From a virus (taxonomy: Duplodnaviria > Caudoviricetes), in the IMG/VR virus record IMGVR_UViG_3300020042_008450, positions 1 through 63,248 of that record: 63,248 nt of DNA. The stretch is one strand, 5' to 3'. The notes beneath the pieces were generated by a model. It saw only the letters and a program-made list of their open reading frames with translations, searched no databases and had not been told where the DNA came from. The stretch's first letter is position 1, and every line of letters starts with the position of its first letter. Position numbers and translations under genes: made by a program. Shown here piece after piece: positions 10,101-21,000 of this stretch.

Positions 10101-10510
10101 GTAGCGATTATGCTCTCAAAGATCCTAGACTGCTAACCAGTTCTGATGGTGGACAAGCAGCAATACTAGGAGCACAAGGATCATTCAACAACGTGGGTGT
10201 AGCAAATCAATTTTCAAATCTAGCCACAGTTGAGCCAGGGGTACTGGCAAATCTCAATGCTACCTTGCTGCCAGCAGGTGTGGCACGACTGGCAACCAGT
10301 GGTACTGGTGGAATTATCAGCACAGTAGCAGAATCAGTAGGATCTGGTCCTCCAAAATTGCCACAAGTGTTGACAGGACAAACAAACTTGACAGCCACAC
10401 AGATAGTTGGACAATTGACTCAGGCTGCTGCTGGCATAGGATCACGACGTAGTGCCACACCGGGTTCAACCGGCGGCCCTTCAACGCAGCAAATAGTCAA
10501 AGAGGAATAA
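7163..10510 (+). CDS. Putative baseplate hub protein with low-complexity termini
   Basis: Lies between gp53-like and gp5; KIIGDPDWI and Y.V.V.SEFRGGKFEQ near the end of the ordered region resemble hub (gp27/GpD-like) C-termini; Ala/Thr/Ser-rich ends. Confidence 0.5.
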   Translation: MATGRDPLPPEVLELVNRARQLSRSIATIGPATPESIPKALAVVQEARSQIDILKSSNFVSQNAINNALSTLNTAETSLNESQQQESAAVAQPAPPATASQAATDDAAKGPNAPDTQQVAANGRVTPSPDTTSSSNAAPPTTTNSGGGDSGTNAPVRTTQQTQATGPASDTGQAVAAPNAAFGQDAAQVGQTKLATEPGTVTSDDAARPASAANQNSATEDYTSIKIVPRANPLDNYYSYSYSISVYLITPTQYETMLRSKVKKIDGYFLLFQSGGAGINVGGVKTGMGSTTNATNNRDSGRNPFFGDDFYIEALTLETTPLGKATGASQMANSMKITVTEPSGMTLIDRLYKAVENLQQGAGSGKVNYTAADYLTVIRFYGYDESGNIVYPIRSMGELSGTSDPKAVIEKFIPFKIAGINWSVGSKLVTYEWDCVPQGIYAGGMTGRGAVPYDIQLTDSTVQGLLGSDAKFSTTTPPATNPGASTTPAADDGSYDRAETARLNRQSQAAAPAKAIAAPTAKKTLTQGLMGAMNEYQKALVTRGIFKIADEYSIEFQGIPGVPAAAIADATLKPIGQVKDDKAKTAAGVPAVKNAQSLKQDTNTVDSVSQSFSITAGQMITQAIELTIRNSSYISNQQLVIVQPDGTSTPNPNSRNKPVSWFIITMFATAQPGGIDPLRNDYAYKIKYVVRPFIPSSLNSKYFPASKFNGIHKRYPYWFTGQNNAVLEYQETLNALYSITVSGNDPKNSAAAVQKAAFTSSATDIAKYNYAPRSNETSSGQKGKINEPAANAAEYLFSPGDLANTKVKIIGDPDWIQQGSLFREIKEGENKVEVLTGFAPDGSISFETGDVLFEMVWQRPEDYNIDTGLADPYSGGYSGNTNTTREAVQSRTYYAVKVLSEFRGGKFEQTVEGTLFLFPKPKSSSGASTSASASTGANVSTSANDGDAGEAEARANMASGAASSLGGDAGLSPAAAQQARSDYALKDPRLLTSSDGGQAAILGAQGSFNNVGVANQFSNLATVEPGVLANLNATLLPAGVARLATSGTGGIISTVAESVGSGPPKLPQVLTGQTNLTATQIVGQLTQAAAGIGSRRSATPGSTGGPSTQQIVKEE

Positions 10511-10518
10511 GGAATACC

Positions 10519-12036
10519 ATGGCAGAAATTACACCACGTGTCAAAGGCCGTGCAAGCAATTACAAACTGGATCGTGGCGGCATGCCCGCAGAATTTGGTC
10601 CGTTTACTGGTGTGGTAATGAGCACGGTGGATCCCACACGATCAGGACGATTGCGTGTGTACATTGAAGCATTTGCCGATGGTGGCCCTGCCAACGAAGA
10701 CGATGACACCAACTGGACCACGGTCAGTTACATGCCGCCATTTTTTGGATCAACACCGTTGCCAGCCACAGGCGGCGCCACTGACTCAACAGGAGCCTAT
10801 CCCGGCAATGAAAACAGCTACGGCATGTGGTTTACTCCACCGGATGTGGGTATCACAGTGGTATGCATATTTGTCAATGGTGATCGCAGCCAAGGATTTT
10901 ATATTGGAGTGATTCCTGAGCAAGGCCTGGGCAACATGGTGCCAGCAATTGCATCGTCAACTCGTTATGTCACAGGCAACGAAAATCAAGAAGCATATTT
11001 TGCCAAAGCAACAAGACTGCCAGTTACTGAAATCAACACTCTCAACGATGAACTTTTCAACGATCCCAGATTCTTTGATCAGCCCAAACCGGTACACAGT
11101 TATCTGGCACAGAGTTTATTTCAACAAGGCTTGATCAATGACCTGGAACGTGGTACCATACGTTCCAGCAGTCAGCGTGAAACTCCCAGTGCTGTGTTTG
11201 GTGTTAGCACTCCAGGGGTTGCTATCTATCAGGGTGGCATGAACGCCAATGACATTAGAACCAAACTAAATGCTGGAGAAATCAAGCCTAGCGAAGCCAA
11301 GGTAATTGGACGAGTTGGTGGACATAGTCTTGTGATGGATGACGGTGATCTAGACGGTGACAATGCCTTGTTTAGATTGAGAACCTCAAAAGGTCATCAG
11401 ATCACCATGAGTGACACTGGCAACTTCTTTTACATCACTCATGCCAACGGTCAGGCCTGGTTGGAGTTTGGAGTAGAAGGCACAGTGGATGTGTATGCCA
11501 CCAACTCAGTGAACGTGCGCACCAAAGGTGATATCAATTTACACGCCGACCGAGATATCAACATGTATGCTGGCCGATCAATAAAAGCCAAAGCCAGTGA
11601 TGAATTTCAAATTGAAAGTGACAATATTATTTCGTTGCGAGCACAGCAAGATATTACCTTGTACAGTACCAGCACCATTGGCGTCAAGGCCGACGGTGTG
11701 CTAACGCTGAACAGTGCATCAGGATCATGGGGAGTACCCGGAGCACTAGTACTTGATGGCGGCACAATTGATTTAAACGGCCCCAAGGCAGGTCGAGTAA
11801 CTGCGGCATTGCCTATTATAAAAACTCTGTTTGACGATACCAAATTCAGCACCAGTGATGGCTGGGAAGTTAATACCAACGCTCTACAAAGTATAGTAAG
11901 CCGCGCCCCCACACATGAACCCTATCCGTATCACAACAAAGGTGTTGATGTAGACGTGGCATTTGAAGAAGGTAAACCTACTCCACCGCCAGGCGCAACC
12001 CCAGTGCCAGCCGGCGTAGAAATACAGGCAAAATAA
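10519..12036 (+). CDS. gp5: Baseplate central spike, gp5/VgrG-like (OB fold plus beta-helix; no lysozyme domain evident)
   Basis: DPTRSGRLRVYI...W..VSY...YGMWFTPPDVG..V.C.F..GD OB-fold motifs; GH...MDD...LRT.KGHQI.M.D and short beta-helix repeats. Confidence 0.8.
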   Translation: MAEITPRVKGRASNYKLDRGGMPAEFGPFTGVVMSTVDPTRSGRLRVYIEAFADGGPANEDDDTNWTTVSYMPPFFGSTPLPATGGATDSTGAYPGNENSYGMWFTPPDVGITVVCIFVNGDRSQGFYIGVIPEQGLGNMVPAIASSTRYVTGNENQEAYFAKATRLPVTEINTLNDELFNDPRFFDQPKPVHSYLAQSLFQQGLINDLERGTIRSSSQRETPSAVFGVSTPGVAIYQGGMNANDIRTKLNAGEIKPSEAKVIGRVGGHSLVMDDGDLDGDNALFRLRTSKGHQITMSDTGNFFYITHANGQAWLEFGVEGTVDVYATNSVNVRTKGDINLHADRDINMYAGRSIKAKASDEFQIESDNIISLRAQQDITLYSTSTIGVKADGVLTLNSASGSWGVPGALVLDGGTIDLNGPKAGRVTAALPIIKTLFDDTKFSTSDGWEVNTNALQSIVSRAPTHEPYPYHNKGVDVDVAFEEGKPTPPPGATPVPAGVEIQAK

Positions 12037-12037
12037 C

Positions 12038-13972
12038 ATGGGTAATTTTACATTCAATCTTGATAGTTTAAAGTCATCTGCTGGCAGTTCTGCTGCCAGT
12101 TTTGAAACTGCTCTAAATTCAAAAACCAAAGACGAAGATTTAACCTATACTGGAACTGATACTATAGTCTGGGACAGAGTGAATGGCGAACGACTTCGCC
12201 GAGGCTTACCCAGCTTGACCAGTTTGGGATTTCCGCGTCCGCCTGAAGATCCCAATAATGCCCAGGCAGGCAGTGCAGGAACGGCAGCAACATCGACTAC
12301 CACTCCAGACGGGTCGGCAAAAGTATTTGATATCAAAGGTCCTCCGGGGCTGACTCGAGAACAAGCATTTGAAATTTTCAAAAAGCAAGCCAATGCCGGT
12401 GGCCTGGTGGGGTTTAAATCTGGCGACGTGCTCAGTGCAGCAACTCAAGCAGCCGATGGCTTGCCAGGCGCACAAGCCATAGTGGCACAAGCTCAGTCAG
12501 GTGTAACTGGCAGTCTCAACGTGGGAGGTTTTGCATCTGGCCTATCAGCGGCTGGAGTAGATTTATCCACAGGACGTATATCATCAGTTGATGCAGCATT
12601 TGCTCAAGGTGGTATCAGTGGCGGAGCTGGTGCGTTAGGCAGTGTGCTAGGCAGTGTGGCGGGTGGTCTAGGTGGCGCCGGTGGAGCACTTGGAGGATCT
12701 CTGGCAGGAACAGCAGCAGGGCTAACAGCATTAGTCGGCCCAGCAGTATCAGCTCTTGGTACAACTGGTTCTGCCTTGGTGGGCGCCGCAGCCAAAGCCG
12801 GCAGCGTGGCAACAACAGCACTACAAACAATAAACAGTGCGCTGACAAGAACTCCAGTGGGCCCAAATCCAATCAATGTTGCTGATTTTGCCAAAACCAT
12901 ACCAGCAGTAAACGGCATAGGACCCATGGATTCAGCCCAGGTTACTGGGGTGCTGGCCCAGGCCAAAAATCTAGTGGGACAATCTGCCAGCACAATTACC
13001 AATGCCAAGGGCATCGGCGAGTTTGGACTGGACATTCAACAACTTGAAACGGCCGGCTATGTCAAGCCTGGCACCAGCAATCTGCTTGCACAAGGCGCCA
13101 ACAGTCTAGCAGCAGTTGCCAAAAGTCCTTCAATCTGGACAGGTAAAGGTGGAATACAAGGACTTGAAGGATTGTTGGCAAGCCCGTCAACTCAGGGCCT
13201 GATACAACAAGATCTTATGACCAAGGGCGTGGCCGGCCTGGGTGCAGTGGGAATACCAGTTAAAAATTTATCTGCACAAGGCCTTGCAGGTATGAGTCTA
13301 AATGCTGCCAAAAGTCTACCAAATGCCGAAGCGTTTGCCAAGGGCCTGCCCATACCTGGAGATGCAACAGGTGCTGTCAAGGCAGCATACGACACCGCAG
13401 TGCGCGATGCTGCATTTGCAGTCAACATGGTGTCAACCAAGATACCAAACACATTCAAAGACATAGAGATACCTGTTCCGGCAACTAATACTGTCAGCAG
13501 AGCCACAGTTGATGCTGCTAGTACTCGTATTGCTGGCAATGACAAAATTCCGCCGGTTAATTATGGTCCACCTGCCCCTGTTGCTGCCAGCGAAGCAGAA
13601 GCCCAGCTGATAGATCTTCTATCAAATTTAAACAATCTTGTAAAGTTATTAAATGCTCGCGCATTATTTTTAGCTAACCTAAACGATAAAGTTGCAGCCT
13701 TGGAAAACCAACAAACAGTAACAGAAAGTGAATGGGCAGTAGTAGATACTGAGTTCCAGACAGGACGGACCAACTACAACGCTACGGTTGTTCCAAAACT
13801 AGGTGAGTATATTCGTGCTCGAACTGTTGCAGATTATCGAGTGCAACAAGTTACTGCTGCTGATTTCAAGGTACTAGACGCTGGCGCACTTGAAATTGTA
13901 AAACGCAGTAGAGACTTGAAAGAACGTATTAGTCAATTGCAGTTCAAAATTGAAGGCCGTTCAGCTGCATAA
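12038..13972 (+). CDS. Virion/baseplate-associated protein, Gly/Ala-rich, with a possible degenerate lysozyme-like domain
   Basis: Long ORF between gp5 and gp25; segment GIGEFG...QLETAGYVKPG...WTGKGGI..L..LL. Confidence 0.4.
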   Translation: MGNFTFNLDSLKSSAGSSAASFETALNSKTKDEDLTYTGTDTIVWDRVNGERLRRGLPSLTSLGFPRPPEDPNNAQAGSAGTAATSTTTPDGSAKVFDIKGPPGLTREQAFEIFKKQANAGGLVGFKSGDVLSAATQAADGLPGAQAIVAQAQSGVTGSLNVGGFASGLSAAGVDLSTGRISSVDAAFAQGGISGGAGALGSVLGSVAGGLGGAGGALGGSLAGTAAGLTALVGPAVSALGTTGSALVGAAAKAGSVATTALQTINSALTRTPVGPNPINVADFAKTIPAVNGIGPMDSAQVTGVLAQAKNLVGQSASTITNAKGIGEFGLDIQQLETAGYVKPGTSNLLAQGANSLAAVAKSPSIWTGKGGIQGLEGLLASPSTQGLIQQDLMTKGVAGLGAVGIPVKNLSAQGLAGMSLNAAKSLPNAEAFAKGLPIPGDATGAVKAAYDTAVRDAAFAVNMVSTKIPNTFKDIEIPVPATNTVSRATVDAASTRIAGNDKIPPVNYGPPAPVAASEAEAQLIDLLSNLNNLVKLLNARALFLANLNDKVAALENQQTVTESEWAVVDTEFQTGRTNYNATVVPKLGEYIRARTVADYRVQQVTAADFKVLDAGALEIVKRSRDLKERISQLQFKIEGRSAA

Positions 13973-13977
13973 GCATC

Positions 13978-13985
13978 GGTAAATA
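13978..13985 (+). promoter_or_regulatory. Putative late promoter (GGTAAATA)
   Basis: TAAATA core ends 4 nt before the gp25 ATG. Confidence 0.6.
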
Positions 13986-13989
13986 CACT

Positions 13990-14367
13990 ATGGCACAAAA
14001 ATTCATTGGCTTTAACACCCAAGGGCAATACAAAAAGTTTACCCTTACAGACTTTGAACTGATCAAGCGCGACCTGTTGAACGCATTTAACATTCGTCAA
14101 GGTCAGCTACCCGGGCGGCCAGCGTATGGCACGGTACTCTGGGACTTTTTGTTTGAGAATCAAGTGGAAGCATCGCAGCAGGCAATAGAGCGAGAAGTTC
14201 AGCGTGTGGCCGCAGGTGACCCTAGAATTTTCATCAGCCAAGTTGTAACCTTCCCACAAGAAAATGGAATCTTGATTCAAGTAGAGCTCACCGTGACCCC
14301 GTCTACAGATGCCGAGCGGCTGAGTATTTTCTTTGATCTACAACAACGCAACGCCTCCTATGTATAA
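13990..14367 (+). CDS. gp25: Baseplate wedge subunit gp25 (GPW/gp25 family)
   Basis: LIKRDLLN.F..R.G....RP.YG..LWD.LFE...DPRI motif; size and position before gp6. Confidence 0.9.
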   Translation: MAQKFIGFNTQGQYKKFTLTDFELIKRDLLNAFNIRQGQLPGRPAYGTVLWDFLFENQVEASQQAIEREVQRVAAGDPRIFISQVVTFPQENGILIQVELTVTPSTDAERLSIFFDLQQRNASYV

Positions 14368-14386
14368 CTAAGCCGTTTTTGTTGCC

Positions 14387-14394
14387 GCTAAATA
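14387..14394 (+). promoter_or_regulatory. Putative late promoter (GCTAAATA)
   Basis: TAAATA core in the intergenic gap before gp6, followed by GAGG RBS. Confidence 0.55.
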
Positions 14395-14415
14395 AACAAT
14401 AGAGGCGTATCAAGA

Positions 14416-17400
14416 ATGGCAAAAACAACTAGACAAACAGCGATATTTGGTGTTGAAGACTGGAAACAGATCTATCAAACCTATCGCGAGGCAGACTTTC
14501 AAAGCTATGACTTTGAAACTCTTCGCAAGAGTTTTATTGATTACTTGCGCCTGTACTATCCTGAAACATTCAATGACTACATTGAAAGTTCGGAATACAT
14601 TGCCTTGTTGGACGTTATTGCGTTTATGGGACAGGCCCTTGCTTTCCGTACAGACCTAAACACTCGTGAAAATTACATGGATACTGCTGAACGCAGGGAC
14701 AGTGTAACTCGCCTGGCCAATCTTGTAAGCTATACCGCCAAGCGCAATGTGGCCGCACAAGGCCTACTCAAAGTGTTCTCAGTCACAACAACAGAAAATG
14801 TTGTGGACTATCAAGGTGTAAATCTTTCCAACGTCACTGTGAACTGGGCGGACCCAACCAATCCTGACTGGCAAGAACAGTTTACCACAATCATCAACAG
14901 CAGTCTGGTAGACACTCAACGTGTGGGTCGACCGGGCAACCGTCAGACCATTCTGGGTGTGCGTACAGATGAATATGCAGTTAACCTGGTGCCAGGATTT
15001 TTGCCCATAGTGCCTTATACCTCTGTGGTTGATGGCGTTACTATGCCTTTTGAGGCCATGAGTTCAACATCTGTGGGTGCTACGTATCTATACGAGCCCC
15101 CACCAAGAGCCAACCAACCATTCAATATCTTGTTCCGTAACGATCAACTGGGATTCCAGTCAGCCAACACTGGCTACTTCTTTATGTTCAAACAAGGCGT
15201 GTTGCAAAACCAAGACTTTAATCTAGCTGAAAGAGTTTCTAACCGTACAGTGAATATCAACATTGAAGGTGTCAACAATGAAGACCGCTGGTTATTCCAA
15301 CTAGATACAGTAGGAAATATCAATCGTGAATGGGCCTATACTGAAAATATCTACGAGGCAGCCGCAGAACAAATAGGCACTTCTTTACGCCCAATCTACA
15401 CAGTGACATCTAGAACTAATGACCAAATTACCATGGTGTTTGGTGATGGTGTGTTCTCAGAAATCCCAGTGGGAACATACCGTGCGTATGTTCGTGCATC
15501 AAACGGACTGCAATACATTATCAACCCTGAAGAAATGCAGGCTGTAACAGTTCCCATCAGTTACATCAGCCGTAATGGTAATCTTGAAACTATGACTTTT
15601 ACGTGTGGTATCACACGTCCAGTTAGTAATAGTCAGGCTCGCGAAAGTATTGACGAAATCAAGCAACGGGCTCCTGCTAGATACTACACACAAGATCGCA
15701 TGGTCAACGGTGAAGATTACAATCTGTTTCCTTACACACAATACAATTCAATTGTGAAAAGCAAGGCTCTAAATCGTGCAAGTATTGGCACCAGTCGTTA
15801 TCTTGACCTTGTGGACAACACAGGAAAATATTCCAGCACCAATACCTTTGGCAGCGACGGTGGACTATGGGAACAGAATATTCTTCCTACTATTCTATTC
15901 TCCTGGACTAATCGAAACGAAATTGCAGATGTTATTACCAATCAGGTACAGCCGGCTCTTGCCAAAAACACAATGCAACAGTTTTACTATGCTAATTTTC
16001 CTAGAGTTACAGCAACCACCTTGCCCACATATGGTTCAACTACCTGGGTTGCAGGAGCCACCTGGAATCAAAGCACAACATTGGCCAATGAAACCACTGG
16101 CTATTTTAGAAACGCAATAACCTCGGCCACCTGGCCCAACGGAACACCAATTCCGGTTGGCTCCACTACCACCACAGCATTCAAATACGTGGCTGTAGGC
16201 AGCTTGATCAAATTTGTTGCACCATCAGGCTATTACTTTGACCGCAATAACAAGTTGCAACAAGGTACACCAAGTCGTGCTGACGAAACACTAGACATCT
16301 GGGCCAGCCCACTGAGCATACAAGGCACTGGTTACAACAACGGCCTGGGCAACCTAAGTTCTGGAGCAGGACCAGTTGCACTCAACAACTTTGTACCAAC
16401 GGGCGCTCTAGTAGACACTATTATTCCGTTGTTCGTCACAGATCTGCCACTCAACCTGGAACAGGCCATGGCTGAACAAATTTTGTTGAATCGCAACTTT
16501 AGTATTGGCTATGACAACAACGGTGACATCACAGGTACACCGTACAGTTGGTATCTAATTACTAGCACAAACTTATACAGCACACAGTCCAATGGAGACA
16601 ACGCAACGTGGGCACAAATTCCTGAAAGCCCAGCGGTGAATTCTCCTCAAAACGGTAACGCAGGAAATACTAATGGCATAAATTCAGACTCATCTTGGTT
16701 AGTGAAGTTTGTGGTGCAAAATCAAAACTATACAATTACCTTCCGTGGTCTTGGGTACTATTTTGGATCAGTATTGCAAACTAGATTTTTCTTCTACGAT
16801 GGTGCTCAGGTATACGACAGTCGCACTGGTACTGTAATTAAAGATTTTATTAATGTACTAGCAGTAAACACACAACCTGACTCTACTGATCATTTGCCTG
16901 GCGACATTTTTATGACCATTACTGGACAACCAGTCGAGAGTGACGGTTATGTTGATGACTTCCAGGTGCTAGTTGGTTACCGTGATAGTGACAATGATGG
17001 TGTGCCCGACAACCCAGACTTTTTCTCAGAAATTGTAGCTCCCACAGTAGACAGTACACAGAAATACATATACCTGCAACAGACTGTGGACTTTGATAAT
17101 CTACAACGATATTTGCTAGTAGAACCAAATCGAGTTACTAGTGACTATGCTACATTAGACGATATTGAATTAGTTAAAAGTGAATGGAGTCCTGGACAAG
17201 TATTCTACGCATATAGCGAGGATGCTTTTTACGAACTGAGTATCGGAACCACAGGATTACGAACCTTGGTGGATGTGTCAACTGAATGGGTTGCTAGAAT
17301 AGGCCGTCAGCAACTGTACTACCAATATCGACATAATTCACCACTAACCAGTCGCATTGATCCTGGCACTACCAATATTATTGACATGTATGTTGTCACG

Positions 17401-18060
17401 TTGTCGTATTATACAGCATATCAGAACTGGCTTCGTGATACCACTGGCACAGTGATTGAGCCAGATGTGCCCAGCATTGACGAACTGTCAACAGCATATC
17501 AAAAACTGCAAGATTACAAAATGTTGAGCGACAACATTGTGTTGAATTCAGTGGTGTTCAAACCCTTGTTTGGTGAAAAAGCCGCGTCTAATCTGCGAGC
17601 CACAATCAAAGTTATACGTGCATCAAACAGCACAGCCAGCGCCAGTGAAATCAAAAGCGCAGTGATATCTTCAATGAACACATATTTTTCCATTGATAAA
17701 TGGAACTTTGGAGATACGTTTTACTTCTCAGAATTGGCAGCATACTTGCATAGAACACTTGGTACAATAATTAGTTCAGTGGTCTTGGTACCACTTGACA
17801 CACAAAAGTACTTTGGTGACTTATACGAAATACGTTCGGCCCCCAATGAAATATTTGTCAACGGCGCAACAATCAACAATGTTGATGTGATTGAAGCACT
17901 TACCAGTACCAATCTTCGCACAGCCGCTGGCAGTGGAGTTACATTTACTGCCGGCGGTAGCAGTACAAGCACCAGTTCCAATGGCACCAGCGGATCAGGA
18001 ACAAGCAGCGGTGGCAGCAGCAGCGGTGGCGGAAGCTACAGCGGCGGAGGATCATATTAA
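14416..18060 (+). CDS. gp6: Baseplate wedge subunit gp6-like
   Basis: DFETLR..FIDYL...FNDY.ESS...LLD..A...[15 protein letters not shown]; FGDG.F...P; [21 protein letters not shown]. Confidence 0.9.
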   Translation: MAKTTRQTAIFGVEDWKQIYQTYREADFQSYDFETLRKSFIDYLRLYYPETFNDYIESSEYIALLDVIAFMGQALAFRTDLNTRENYMDTAERRDSVTRLANLVSYTAKRNVAAQGLLKVFSVTTTENVVDYQGVNLSNVTVNWADPTNPDWQEQFTTIINSSLVDTQRVGRPGNRQTILGVRTDEYAVNLVPGFLPIVPYTSVVDGVTMPFEAMSSTSVGATYLYEPPPRANQPFNILFRNDQLGFQSANTGYFFMFKQGVLQNQDFNLAERVSNRTVNINIEGVNNEDRWLFQLDTVGNINREWAYTENIYEAAAEQIGTSLRPIYTVTSRTNDQITMVFGDGVFSEIPVGTYRAYVRASNGLQYIINPEEMQAVTVPISYISRNGNLETMTFTCGITRPVSNSQARESIDEIKQRAPARYYTQDRMVNGEDYNLFPYTQYNSIVKSKALNRASIGTSRYLDLVDNTGKYSSTNTFGSDGGLWEQNILPTILFSWTNRNEIADVITNQVQPALAKNTMQQFYYANFPRVTATTLPTYGSTTWVAGATWNQSTTLANETTGYFRNAITSATWPNGTPIPVGSTTTTAFKYVAVGSLIKFVAPSGYYFDRNNKLQQGTPSRADETLDIWASPLSIQGTGYNNGLGNLSSGAGPVALNNFVPTGALVDTIIPLFVTDLPLNLEQAMAEQILLNRNFSIGYDNNGDITGTPYSWYLITSTNLYSTQSNGDNATWAQIPESPAVNSPQNGNAGNTNGINSDSSWLVKFVVQNQNYTITFRGLGYYFGSVLQTRFFFYDGAQVYDSRTGTVIKDFINVLAVNTQPDSTDHLPGDIFMTITGQPVESDGYVDDFQVLVGYRDSDNDGVPDNPDFFSEIVAPTVDSTQKYIYLQQTVDFDNLQRYLLVEPNRVTSDYATLDDIELVKSEWSPGQVFYAYSEDAFYELSIGTTGLRTLVDVSTEWVARIGRQQLYYQYRHNSPLTSRIDPGTTNIIDMYVVTLSYYTAYQNWLRDTTGTVIEPDVPSIDELSTAYQKLQDYKMLSDNIVLNSVVFKPLFGEKAASNLRATIKVIRASNSTASASEIKSAVISSMNTYFSIDKWNFGDTFYFSELAAYLHRTLGTIISSVVLVPLDTQKYFGDLYEIRSAPNEIFVNGATINNVDVIEALTSTNLRTAAGSGVTFTAGGSSTSTSSNGTSGSGTSSGGSSSGGGSYSGGGSY

Positions 18061-21000
18061 TGGCTAATGTTCGTAGTGTAGATTTTCTTCCTGAAATATT
18101 TCAAACTGATGCTAACAAGCAGTTTCTAGCAGCCACCCTAGACCAACTGATTCAAGAGCCTAACTTTAAAAAGGCACAAGGATTCATTGGCCGCACAGTG
18201 GGACCAGGTGTCAATCCCAACGATGGATATGTGATTGAGCCAACCACATCCAGAGCTAACTATCAGTTGGAGCCTGGCGTGGTTAGTCTAGAGCCTGACA
18301 CAGATACAATCAAGGATGTTATAACATACCCGGGGCTGAATGATGCTATTACATCTCAAGGTGGTAACAGTTCTCGACCAGACCTGTTGTACTCAAGCGA
18401 ATACTACACTTGGGATCCATTTGTTAATTTTGATTCGTTTGTTAATTTCAGTCAATATTTTTGGTTGCCCGACGGCCCTGCGCCAGTTGATGTGGCCAGT
18501 GTGGGCGTGGCTGTTACTGATAATTTTGTAGTTACTAGAGAAAACGGTGTTTACAGTTTTTCAGGAATTAGTGGAACTAATCCCAGTATTAACCTAGTTC
18601 GGGGCGGAAGCTATACATTCCAAGTTGCACAAAACAATAAAGAAACTGTAAACTATCGAGTTCAAAATTCTGGTATTAGTGCATACGTAATTGATTTTCA
18701 AAACAATCCAACACTGACTCTTGAACGTGGAAATACATATGTTTTTAACTTAACTCTAGATGGAATATATCCATTTTGGATTAAGACATCTCCAACTACT
18801 GGACTTGGTGAAATATATAACGTTGGTGTAAGTCGCAATGGTGCAATTCAAGGATTGGTCACATTTACAGTTCCACAGGATGCGCCCGACATTTTATATT
18901 ACGCAGCCGAAAATCAAATCAACATGCAAGGAGCATTGAATATTGTCAATGCATCGGCAGGAACAGGTCCAGGATTTTGGATACAATCAACCCCTGGAGT
19001 TTCTGGAGCAGTTACATCTACTCCCAACATAAGCAGTAGAGACGTTTACGGAACTGTGAATAACGGCGAGGATCTTGGCATAGTAACATTCAATGTACCA
19101 AGTAAAACAGCCCAAGCGTTTTATTACAATCTTAACAATATAGGTACGGTTGATCTTATTACTGACTTGCAATTTGCTCAGATTAATAATCAACCTCTGA
19201 CAGCATTTATGGCCACCTACGGTGGCATTGATGGAATCACAAATCTCAATACCAGAACTTTGATTTTTACTAATCCAATAGAATCTACTGAGGACGGCGG
19301 TTGGTACCGCACTAGTTTATTTGATCCTTTGGTACAGAATAGCAACAATAATGGGTTAAACGGAAGTTATGACAGTATACCGTACGATTACACTGTGGAT
19401 ATTGAGCCAGCGCAACGATTTCAACTATATCAAATCAACTATACTGATATTGCTGGAGTCACGTATATCCAATTAAGTGAAATATCATCTATTTTGCCAT
19501 TGGATAAATTTACAATCATATATGGTAGTTCCTATAGTAGCACTCAATGGTACAAGGATTCAACTGGAATCTTTCAACAAATACCATTGTTGAGTGCCAT
19601 TCAGGACACTCTATATTATCAAGATGGTACTGACTCAGAAATTTTTGGACAAATCAATCTGCTAGAACAAGTTGATAGTAAAACCATTTATGTAGATGAC
19701 ATAATTGGTCAGAGCAACTATACTGCACCAAACAGTGTTGCATTTACCAACGGACTTAAAGTACGATTTACCGGTGATGTAAGTCCTGCTAGTTATTCTT
19801 CAGGAATTACTGCAATTACTTGTACTCAGACAGAAGCCAATACCAATTATATTACCAGTAATGACAGTACTAATCTGTATGTGGGTCAGGACATAACCTT
19901 CTCAGCACCCACCTTGGGCGGATTAACACAAGGACAATTGTATTTTGTTCGGTCAATTTCTGCAAACAGAACAAAATTTACTGTGAGTGCAGTGCAGTAC
20001 GGACCAGCGGTGGTCCTGGCCAACGGTACTGGTACCATGAATGGTATTGCCATTAGTAATCGAGAATATTATGTTTCTGGCGTTGGTACCGCAATCAAAT
20101 TGCTCCCAGTCGTTGATTTTATCACACCTGAATTGTATGTTCAAGATGCTGACACTGATACTATTCTAGTAGAACCTAGTCAGTTAGATTACATTACGAT
20201 TGATCGCGCCAGCTTAGATTTAAATCCATGGACAAGAAGCAATCGTTGGTTCCACGTTGATGTAATCAACGCCACGGCTGATTATAACAATACAACTGCG
20301 GTTCTTGACAACAATTATCGTGCCAAACGGCCTATTATACAATTTCGTCCAGGCCTGCGTTTATGGAATATGGGCACTGCTGGTAAAGATCCAGTAGACA
20401 TTATTGACTTTACAGAAACTGATGCATTCTCAAACATTGAAGGATCCACCAGTTACAGTGTAAATGAATACACCTTTGTTGAAGGTTCACGGGTGATATT
20501 TGCAGCCGATCTTGATGCAGATGTGCGAGATAAAATTTACGTGGTAAGTTTTGTTATTCCCGACACTGTTGCACCGCTTATTGCACAACCTATTATAACA
20601 CTAACTGTGGCTCAAGATGGCGTAGTAACAGCCGATCAGTGTGTTGTGAGCAAGGCTCCGGGTAGCCAGGCTGGACTCACTTTCTGGTATGACGGTGTGA
20701 CCTGGAACTCAGCACAACAAAAAACTGACATTCAGCAAGCTCCACTGTTTAACATTTATAACGTTGATGAGATAAGTTTTGGTGACCAAACAACATATCA
20801 AAGTTCAACCTTTGCTGGCAGCAAGTTGTTTAGTTATGCAGTTGGGGACACCGGCATTCTTGATCCTGTGCTGCAATTTCCGTTGCAATACCTAAACATC
20901 AACAACGTTGGCGATATTGTGTTTGAAAACAACCTGTACAAAGATACATTCTTGTATGTTGTTGATAATGTGAGTGTTACTAGTGACATCAGTTCTGGCT

